Shown: piece after piece, positions 1-11,500 of the stretch
Position numbering within the stretch: position 1 is the first letter of the stretch
How the letters are laid out: the number at the start of each line of letters is the position of its first letter
Source: Bugula neritina
Lineage: Eukaryota; Animalia; Bryozoa
DNA: 64,000 bases
Assembly (NCBI GenBank): GCA_964035545.1
Contig: OZ037771.1
Span: 4,041,628 to 4,105,627, forward strand
Direction: 5' to 3'
The notes under the pieces: generated by a model
Database searches by the model: none
What the model saw: the letters and a program-made list of their open reading frames with translations, nothing else
Told to the model about the DNA's origin: nothing
Made by a program: the position numbers and the translations under genes

Positions 1-29
1 ATTTTTAAGAAAATTCCAAAACTACATAC

Positions 30-1865
30 CTTTACGGAGTTTACTAGTTGGGTTGGTGGGGGTCGTAGCCTCTGATCTCATAGACTGCACTTTGTCAGCC
101 TTGGTTTCAGGAGTGGAGGGCTCCAACTTCACCGTTTTACTAATTTCCTTTTTCACACTCAGATCGCTGTATGAGTCAGTATTACCGACTGTGGTCTGAT
201 ATTTGGATGAATCACCGACTTTATCAGGAACATTTCTGACAGTCGATGCATCTGATTGGCTCTTTCTTGACAAGCTGACATCAGTGGCAGCAGGTGCCCC
301 GACTCTGCTTTTAGTAGACGAAGACTCAACCCAGGAGTTCTCATCGCTGTCACTAAGAAGAAAGTCAGCACTAAACTCCTCCAGGCTGTCACTAAGCGTA
401 GAGTCATTAGCATCTGGCCTACTATAAGACTTGGAAGGGGTTGGTGTGATTGCAAGTTGTCTTCTCCTGCTCAGTGAGCTGTTTCTAGCCTCTGGTCTCT
501 GAGGAGTGACAGCCCTTTCTACTAGCTGAGTGTAGTCTTGTGTTGGAGCTTCAGATTGTGCAGAGCTGTCAGTAAGTGAGGCTTGGGAGTTGTCTTCTAC
601 AAAAAGAAACACGGTCACTGTATAACTAAAGCATTAGTACACAGATTTTGCTTATGCGAGCATATCAAAAAAACAATGACACATTTTAAATGCCATCAAA
701 CCATTTCATACAAGTGGTCAGTTAAGGATGAGAACGAAGACTGAACAGGCTACAATATGTAAGTATACTGACTTTCAAGTTCGGAGACTAAGCTGTACAT
801 CTGGTTGAGGAATCCAACATGACACTTCTGCTTACTATCACTGGATGCGGAACGGGAGCTATTAGCAGACGACAATGAGTGCCGCCTCGCTTTGGACTCC
901 TTCCAGATTTTCTTCAGGTAAGGAGTGGAAGATGCGTTTGCAACTTTTGTTTGAGGCAGATCGACCTTGACACTACTGAAGGTGTCTAAAACATTGACAG
1001 CCCCTTTGAGATACGTCATCTATATTGTAGATACAGCCCACACAGTTCACAACTTTGAAAAAATATAACCAAAGCCAAAATATTATAAATTTGAGAAAAT
1101 ATTTTGCACAAGTTTCCTATGTCCCTTTTGTTGTCAATTATTTGTAATTTGTTATAACTTGTAGGTATTTATTAGGTTGAACCCTTCATCATTAAAGCAC
1201 AGTATTTATGTGGCTACAATAAGTGGGAGGAGCTTACAATATACCATAACATTAAAACAAAAAAAACCTAAACACAAGACAAACTCTATTAACTATCACA
1301 GTCTACTTAAAATCAGTCATAAATGTCAATTTGAGTTTAGACTATGTACCAGCGTCAGCAGATCCTTCTTCCTGTGAAACAATGGGACTAGTCACTCTCT
1401 GCCCCTCCCACGTCACTCTCGGAAGAGAGGTGGTCGACTGCGAGGCCATCTCCTGACTACTCCCACTATGATCTCCAGCATCAACTTCCCTACCCGACAT
1501 TGCTCTCTTCAACTCATCCGACTCTAATTCTGTGTCTAATTCATCTTTTCCCGCTTTAGAGTTTCTAACTTTTTTTGGTTGTGAGCATAGCAACTTTCCA
1601 TTGTTCACTTTGAGAGGTGCCAATTTTCTCCGAACTACAACCGACAAATGCCAGCAATATATCAAATGAAAAGAGAAATTTAAGGTAATGCTATTAAAAT
1701 ATCACAAATAAATCAGACTACAATGATAATGGACCTATCTGATAATGTAGTGTTTAGTTAACAAGCATGTACATTTGAAACAAAATTTTTGTATACTACA
1801 TTTGCATACCCACCAGGTGTTTTTTGTTCTCTGACTGGCATTCTATTTGTATTTTCCTTAGACAT
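30..1865 (-). CDS. Unidentified Ser/Thr/acidic-rich, probably disordered protein; 5' coding exons only, gene continues past the left edge
   Basis: Phase-consistent GT-AG exons on -: 1865-1814 (MSKENTNRMPVREQKTP), 1634-1350, 985-836 and 596-30. All junctions are phase 1 and the frame stays open. No recognisable domain. Confidence 0.65.
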
Positions 1866-4800
1866 ATTCAACTGCTGATCTGAAATAGAAATTGTCAGCA
1901 AATAAATCAAGCCTAGCACTTAATAAAGCTGAAGTTTGACTTTTGCTAAACAATATTAATAAAATGACAAAGTTTGTATATACTATGGTAACAGTAAACT
2001 CCAATTTTACAGTTGAAGAAAAGCTAAAATATTTGTAAATTACTAAAAAAAATCCAAATAGCAGTATCATATAAATATATCTTTATGCTCATATTATTAT
2101 TGATAACTATCGGTTATTGTAACGATAAATCTGTTGTAATTAAGCAACCGTTAATATAATAATGAGAAATAATATTACTTAAAATTTGTTAGCACACTCA
2201 CAGTAATGGCCATACTGATACTCACAGTATCAGTATTTATCCAAAAAAATGAATGTAACCATTAAAAATTAAACTATAAACACGGATCAATCTCAATTAT
2301 TATCATCAAGTGATCATCATGCATACAAACCAGCTTCACTGACACTATTAAACTAGAAAACTTGTAGCAAAAGTTAAAAGAGCATTATATTCATTGTATC
2401 AGAAAACTAAACTATTAAATTTAATCATTATGATTAATGATTATCATTAAAGCTGAAAATAAAACTAAAACTAAAAGTAAAAATAAAACTAGAATTTGAA
2501 AAAATTAAATTCATTTTGATTATTATTATTATGGCCAAAAGTGACACTGACAGTGCGTGATACTAATAGTGAGCATCATGATCATAGTCAATATCAATAT
2601 CAATTAATAAAAATTGAAATGAATGAATATAATAATTATTATATTATTATTAATATTAATAATATAAATATTAAATATTAATAAATATAATTGAACAAGA
2701 AATTGAATATAAATATTATAATATTAATAATTATTATTATTGTTATAATTTTTATTTTATTTATCTTCGAAAATAAGCTTCATTGCTCACATGGACACTC
2801 AAGTAAAATACAAATTCTTACACTGTCACGGTTTTCATGACATGATGAACTTGATGTTGTTCATAATGAGATTGAACCAACTATTAGTCGATAAACAGTA
2901 ACACGGAGTTTTTTCTTCGTTTTATTTTGGTGCTTTTGGAAAAAATAAAATGAAAAAATGTACTCGATGAGCATTATGTATTTTCTTAATCCGCTGCTTT
3001 GACTTTTTTGTTTTACCTTATATTTTAGACACTAAAATTAATATAATTTGATATATTGGTAAAAGATTGTTTTAAATTATATTTATTGTGTATGAACAGT
3101 ATGTTGGGTTGCTTAATTTACAAATTTCTTTAGCGTATGAACTAAATATTTATGCGTAAATAGCACGCCATTATTTTGATCGCTCTGAATCTGATTGGAA
3201 GTTCAGGATGACTGTTACATTCTAGCCTATAGCTAAAAATAACTTTTTTTAATTTCCATCCTTCTCAGTTATTATTAAGCAAGCGTGATGTATCAGGGTT
3301 TTAGTTTATTGTGCCTTTGAAGTTGAGTTTAACTTGCTTTTAATCTTGGCTTTAATTTTTACTAATTTGACCTTGAAGTTCATATTGATATTCATATTGT
3401 CACAATGACAATCTGAATCAGTATCACTACAAGTGGCAGTGCACTCTACAGTCCGAGTCACAGTGACATTCTGATTGAGTTTGACACTTATTTTGATTGT
3501 AAATCCGAGTAACTGCGAGTCAAGTGTGAGTCTGGGTCTCATACGAACAATCCCCTTTTATTATTTAACTCATGATTACAGTTGCACTAATTAGTAATTA
3601 GTATTACTATTAGTATTAGTATTATTCATAGTCAATATTATTACTGTATTAATACTCTATTAGTATTAATTGTACTGCTTCCTTTAGTTGGACTTAAAAT
3701 TTTTGTGTTGTAATTGTTATTATATTTAGTATGAGTTAGAATATCAAGATGAAAATGATAATGATTATTATAACTCAAATTATTTTCAATATTATTAATT
3801 TTGTACTTAATTCTATTAACATCATGATCAACCATGACAATGTGATAACTTTTAGTTTAACTATCAATTATCTTTATGATTATGTTTACCAGTACTGAGA
3901 GTGAGTATCAATATTGGTTATTGGTGAGACTAAAAGTGAATATAGGTATAAAGTTTGTCATTCGTAAATTTAAATCATTAGTCTAGTCACAGTGTGTCAT
4001 TATATTTATAGTTACTCATAGTCATTAGACTCAGTCAGTGAAACTGAAGCTGCATCAGCATGTAATGGTTAAACAAAAATTTTAAGTTTAAAATGAGCCA
4101 GAATGAAGGTATCAATATTGATGTTTAATAATTAAATTGACCATGGATCATTGAATACCTTTGAATACATAAACACTTGGAAACACGCAAGATTATCATT
4201 ATCATGGTTTTTTGATTATTAGTAAATTTTATATGATCATCATAGCATAGTGATAATCATAGTTGTAGTCATACTGATAAGAATGATCTCAATCTGTATC
4301 TGCCATTGTGATTATCATACTCATAGTCAAAGTTACTTCAATTTTATTTTTCAAATCAAATCATAGTAATATTAACTCAAAATGTCATCATCAAAACTTG
4401 AAAAGGGAGTTAACTTTGTAAAAGTTAGCTAAAAGTAATGTGATAGCTATGGACATCTTGGCTGTTGTACCTACGGAATATAATTTGAGGTAGTTCTTGA
4501 TCAATAACTTCAATGGACTCGTAATATAAAATTGTGTATTTTAATTGTAGCTCTTGTTTTGAGTATAAGCTCAGAGTAATAGAAAGTAAAAATTAATATA
4601 ATTTGGGCTTCTGTTTAATTTATCTATGTCGTTCAGTTGATTTTTGTGAAGTGTAGTCTTCTTTTAGATAATAGGATAGTAAGATTAGTCTTCTCGTTTG
4701 ATCAAACAAGAATTGATCAACAAATTATATTGTTATTTAAATAGTTGTCCAACAGTCACCGATTTATAATGAAAGTCAAAATGTGTTTAGTGATTTAGTG

Positions 4801-5586
4801 TCATCACTTGATCTTTTGTTTCTTGATATTCAATAAGCCTTGTTAATTCAACTTTATGTTCACATTCATTGATTCCTATTTTTTCCAATACCATCAGCTC
4901 AATGATGCTAATTGAATGAAATGTGACTTGGCTTGTATTTCATGTCTCTTAAGAGTGTTAGATTCACAGTTGCATTATGAAAAGTAAGCTTGTTTATTAA
5001 GCTTTTTCGCATCAGCTGTATAACTTTGACGGTTGCATGTAGATGTTTCGTAAGCAAAAGCAAACATTATGTAGCTATGCTGTTGCTCTTTCCTTCTTGA
5101 ATAAATTTGTGCTATCAGCTATTAGTTTGAGCTTTTTTAATTACATCGGATTGCTTACTATATCAAGTTTTATCCAGTATGGTTATTAGAATATTTTAAA
5201 ATACATTTTTCTACTTGTTTCCTTTCGTTTGTGTTATTATGAACAGCATTCCTATTTTTGGGCTTGGTTAAATGATAGTATTAAATATTTTCAATCTTTC
5301 AAACCGTGAATGACTATACAATTATAATTGGCTCGACTGTTGAAAAAAATGCAGAAACTGGAAATGGTGAAAGGGGAGTTAGGGTTTTAGGCTGGCTAAC
5401 AATTTTCAACAATATATATTATTCAATCTATAACAATCCTTCTACTTTTTAAAGCATCAAAACTGTGAGTTCTACTAATATGGATTTATATCAATTAGTT
5501 TACCTTGTGCTACAATAACTGAGCACATTTGTCACCATTATTGTAGGAGTGTTGGACAGCAGCAAGTAAAGGATTCTTCCTTTGAC

Positions 5587-8500
5587 ATGTCTTCAGTGAA
5601 GTCATATAAGAAAATGTCTCCAATGCGAATACGGGCTTTTCCAGTGAGTTACTTCTATTAGCAGATCAATTGATTAGTTCTCTAATATCTTGATGCTTTT
5701 TAGAAAGCGTTTTACCAGTTTATATTTGATGAAATAATTTATTCCTTCCTTAAATAAACTAAAAATCTATACTCAAGTTACAACATTATATGAATGTGTA
5801 CAGCTGACAATGATGGTTAATCGAAACATATTGTTAGTTTTCGTTATTGTCATAACAGATGACCATGGATCCAAGGTTTGTGGAAGACATATGGAGTTTG
5901 TTAAAAAATGCAATACAAGAAATACAGAGGAAAAATAACTCGGGGCTCAGTTTTGAAGAGCTGTACAGAAACGCTTACACTATGGTACTTCATAAACATG
6001 GGGAGAGGCTGTACAACGGTCTGAAGGAGGTGGTGACTTCACATCTAGTTGGCAAGGTAAGCCATCATCAGAGACTGTCTTTGGAGTTGTCTTCCTTAGC
6101 CAAAAAGTGGTATTTCTGTAACGTACCCCTTCTCACCCTCAACAAAGCTTGTTTACGGAGTTGTCTACTTTAGAAAAAATTTGTAATTCTGTAGCTTACC
6201 TCCATACTTTCAACAACAGTGATATAATGCTCTGGCAGCTTTCATGATTTAATGTTATGTTTAAAAAAGGTGTTCTTACATTGCCACTTTGTATGCTAAT
6301 TGTAAGACTCAAATGTCTTTGATAAGAATACCTTATTGATTACCTCTTAGATATTAACTGCATTATTGTAAAAGGCAATATGTTTTCTCGCAGGAGTAGA
6401 CAACAACTATCAATTAGTATGTTTAGGAGTATGCCACGACAATATTTGATGTATCAAAAATTGAAACTGTGATTTGTAAAGTCACTATTGTTTGACTGAC
6501 AGCAGTTTGTGATGTTAGCCAATAGTCAGTATAGACTTTCCTCTCGCACGCTGCAACCGAATTCTTGTCAATTCATGATTTTAGGTCCAAAGCGATGTCC
6601 TCGGATCTTTAAATAATAATTTTCTACAAACACTAAACTCTGTGTGGAATGACCACATCACTGCTATGGTGATGATAAGAGATATACTCATGTACATGGT
6701 AAGTGTGTATATACTCATGTATATGGTAAGTATATCTCTACTCAGGTACATGGTAAGTATCTATACTCATGTACATGGTAAGTGTATATACTCATGTACA
6801 TAGTAAGTATATATATACTCATGTACATGGTAAGTGTATCTCTATACTCAGGTACATGGTAAGTATATATATACTCAGGTACATGGTAAGTGTTTATATA
6901 CTCATGTACATGGTAAGTGTTTATATACTCAGGTACATGGTAAGTATATATATACTCATGTACATGGTAAGTGTTTATATACTCATGTACATGGTAAGTA
7001 TCTCTATACTCATGTACATGGTAAGTATATCTCTATACTCATGTACATGGTAAGTGTATCTCTATACTCAGGTACATGGTAAGTATATTTCTATACTCAT
7101 GTACATGGTAAGTGTATATATACTCATGTACATGGTAAGTGTATCTATACTCATGTACATGGTAAGTGTATCTATACTCATGTACATGGTAAGTGTATCT
7201 ATACTCATGTACATGGTAAGTGTGTATATACTCATGTACATGGTAAGTGTATCTATACTCATACGTACATGGTAAGTATATCTCTATACTCATGTACATG
7301 GTAAGTGTATCTCTATACTCATGTACATGGTAAGTGTATCTCTATACTCATGTACATGGTAAGTGGATCTCTATACTCATGTACATGGTAAGTGTATCTC
7401 TATACTCATGTACATGGTAAGTATATTTCTATACTCATGTATATGGTAAGTGTATCTATACTCATGTACATGGTAAGTGTATCTCTATACTCATGTACAT
7501 GGTAAGTATATCTGTACTCATATACATGGTAAGTGTTTATATACTCATGTACATGGTAAGTGTATCTATACTCAGGTACATGGTAAGTGTATTTCTATAC
7601 TCAGGTACATGGTAAGTGTTTATATACTCATGTACATGGTAAGTGTATCTATACTCATACGTACATGGTAAGTATATCTCTATACTCATGTACATGGTAA
7701 GTGTATCTCTATACTCATGTACATGGTAAGTGTATCTCTATACTCATGTACATGGTAAGTATATTTCTATACTCATGTATATGGTAAGTGTATCTATACT
7801 CATGTACATGGTAAGTGTATCTCTATACTCATGTACATGGTAAGTATATCTATACTCAGGTACATGGTAAGTGTATCTATACTCAGGTACATGGTAAGTG
7901 TATTTCTATACTCAGGTACATGGTAAGTGTATTTCTATAAATACAAGTCTTCTTTGCTTATGTTGCTAATGTTCTCTTGAGGTGCAGTGCTATTCCTAAC
8001 ATCCGACAGTTTGTTACTGCTAATTTGTATCTTATAAACAACTTGCAGACAATTGAATAAAACTTCTTTGCTAGTGCCTATATTTTGTAAGTAAACAATG
8101 ATTTGTTTTAATTTTAAAGTTTAATAAATTTTCATCAAATATAGTTGAGATAGTTGGTTGATGGGCTTAAGGAATCAGAAAATGCAGTCTTATCAGTGAA
8201 AGATGACAATTTTGGAGTCATTCCCAAAATGTTTACATTGCTAACTGTAAATTGGGTAAAAGATTTTTCTGGTTTGAATGTGTTGAATTAATTTATCTTT
8301 ATTTTGTGTATGTTTTTCACGCCGTGCATATGAGTATCTAAAGATAATTGTGTTTTACTTGGTTACAGGACCGTGTCTACGTACAACAGCACGAAGTAGA
8401 GAATGTATATAACTTAGGACTCATCATCTTTAGAGATCATGTAATACATCATCATCACATTAGAGAAAAATTGACCTCTACACTCCTCGACATGGTGGCT

Positions 8501-11500
8501 AAAGAGCGAAGAGGTGAAGTAGTGGACAGGTTAGTTGGTTTTTGTTTCACTGATGTGCACTAATTGACCTGTAAATGTTGGTAGTCTTGAGTCCAGTACA
8601 TTGTCCGGTCATGTCATGGTAGGTCTCTGAATTATCCTCTCCTTATTTGTCCCACGAGCTTTACAAACCTTGTATTTGCATTTGATTACTATGTTCATCA
8701 AACAGTAAATATCATTGTGGTATTCATTTGCTGCTTTAGTCTAACGTGAACAATCCTATTCTCATAGTTTATAACTATGCTATTCTGTAACATGACTTCA
8801 CACTTCTTTATAGACAAGAAACTCTTAGTAAATGTGTGTTAGGGTTGCCTACATCTAAACTTTACTAGCGCTTATTGGGAAAAGTATTGTTTTAGTTATT
8901 CAAAGGTACTTGAAACTCTAAAGCTATTGATTTTTGTCTAAGCAATAATTATGCTATTATACCTTGCACTGCATTTCAAGCGTGCACACCTAGTCACTGT
9001 GAACAGTTCATTTCCTAGTATTAACTACTATATATGGACATGAGCCACTGCACTGCGTTGAGTCATGATTGCTCATTGGGTGTTTCTTTCATTAACAAAA
9101 TATCACACAACTTCAACATTAATGTGTGTGTTCATATCTGAGTACAATAAAGTGTGTCTTTAGTCATAAATATCCCCTTTTAGAATATTATATACAATGT
9201 ATTTACTCCTTCTGATATAAAGATATGATTTAAATTTGTAAAAAGTTCAAGTTATAACTGTAGATGCAAAAATGTTGGACATTTATATATAGTTGCAGTT
9301 TTTCTGAGGCTTGTTGATCCCATGAGAAATAAGTTCACAGTAAGTGCCGTATAGCAGTTTATATAATTTACAGGGGAGCCGTGAAGAACGCATGTCAAAT
9401 GCTCATGGCTCTCGGGATAGACTCGAGGACGGTATATGAAGAAGACTTTGAACAGCCTTTCCTCGCCCGGTCTGCTGATTTTTATAAAGTAGGTCTATCG
9501 AGGAGGAGGTGTAGAGTTGCCCACCCTTGTTATCCAATACGTAATGTCGTATTCTACTTCTTTTTCTTTTTGAATACTAGCTTTCTAGTGTGTATACATT
9601 TGTAAAATCTGTAGCCATTGTCTTGAGTCTGTGGCAGCTTAAATTCCAAAGGGTAATAACTCTACATGCACAATATCAAGTTTTATGTTACAACAGAGTT
9701 TCATAAAAGGTTCGAAGTTGTCCCCGCCTTGTTGCCTCCCATATCTTCTACCCGTTTCCTTTATATCTTATCTGAATTTGAAAAAGTTAGATGAACTTTG
9801 GTTGATCTCTTAATCATGTAACAGCCAATCTCATGTTTACTTTTATTATCAACTTTTTACTCTCCCCCCCCCCCTTCCCTCAAAGCCTTATTTAATTATA
9901 GCTATTAAAACTGAAGAACATCAGGCTACTGGCACACCGTGAGTGTTGTCATCTTTATACATGTTTCTATTCTACAGGCAGAATCACAGAAGTTCCTGTC
10001 CGAGAATGACGCGTCCACATACATACGTAAGGTTGAGGCGCGGATCTTGGAGGAGGGGGAGAGAGCACGTCACTATTTAGATAAGTCTACGGAGGCCCCA
10101 GTCATAGCAGTACTGGAGCGAGAACTCATTAGTAGACATATGAAGTCTATAGTGGAGGTACCCTGTTTAATACATCAGTAATTCGCATCCCTGTCAATTT
10201 AAATTTTAATGTGTTTTATATCTGATAGATATTGATAAATTTAAGAAGTGTTAGCTGAATGAGATCTGTCTAGTTTCTCTATTTATATTTTATACAAGTG
10301 TTTTTCAAATGTACAAACCTCTTTTATTTATATTTTTCTATATTTTGTTCATCTTTCAGCTAATAACCTAGATGACAATTTGTTTGTAAAGTTAAGGGTT
10401 GTAATTATTTGGAATAGATAAAATATCTACTTTTGGCTAAAGTAAATGTGCCTTTGGAACATGTTTAGGTTTATCGCATGTAATGATACATTTGCAGCTT
10501 GTTCTAGTCACTTAGCAATTTTTCTGGAGTTGTCTTTCTATATATATAAGGAATCCAAAGCTGTACAAAACTTAATGTAAACCTTCCATACAACTAGTTG
10601 TTTACAACTAGTTGTATGGCTTGTCATACTTGCTAGGCAAATAACTTCTGCTTTAATATATTTGGCTTTTTTGAAAGTTATCACTTGAATTTATTTGCTC
10701 TACCTTTTACTTCAGTAATTTTTTTTCGATATACATTGTAATTTCATTCATGAATTTACTAATGCCAGACGCACCAAGTGGCCGTCATGATTCATTTGGT
10801 CTTTATGTTGTTTATCACAGTTGCTATGGTAATCTGTAGATGGAGAATTCTGGAGTCATACACATGATAAAGAATAACAAGCACAAAGACCTAGCCTGTA
10901 TGTATAAACTACTATGTAGAGTGGAAAGCGGGCTGCGTACCATCTGTCTCACTATTAGCCGTCACTTGCGAGAAATCGGTAAAGGTTTAGTAGCCGAAGA
11001 CGAGGGCACAACTCCCATCACCTATGTGCAGGTAAGGCTGTTTGCTCAGGAACTTGGACTGTGTTTGGCCATAGTAACGGTTTATTTACATTTACATGTC
11101 GCTCTACCAGTAATTTGTTTTGTTTTTAATATTTAATTATATTTCTCCGCTGTCTTCAAGGGTTAGTGCTGCTCGTAAGATTATGGTTATGGAATTGACT
11201 ATGATATGTTGTATTGTCCCCTATTTTGATTTTAATCAATTTCTTTTGTTTCTTGTGTTCTCATTGGCCAAAATTATTTTGTTTATTGTATTCTGATTGG
11301 TTAATGCCGTGATATCTCTGGTTTTGTAGGGTCTGCTGGACCTGAAAGACAGATTCGACCAGTTCCTGTATGAGTCATTCAAGGGAGACAAATACTTCAA
11401 ACAGATAATGTGTGGTGACTTTGAACACTTTATAAACATTAATAGCAAATCCCCAGAGTACCTGTCTCTCTTCATAGACAACAAACTAAAGAAGGGTGTC

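Noticed and set aside
3306-3835. ORFs with alternating residues (possible beta-strand or amyloid-like peptides)
   Set aside because: Explained by hexamer periodicity of the DNA; no splice or homology support.
6769-7671. Several repetitive ORFs (MYMVSVYIL..., YTHVHGK...)
   Set aside because: They are translations of the minisatellite, with no independent sign of coding.
6683-7939. CRISPR-like look (palindromic conserved core with variable linkers)
   Set aside because: Linkers are short TA/TC slippage variants rather than unique spacers, there are no cas genes, the context is a eukaryotic intron, and the core is the host exon end.
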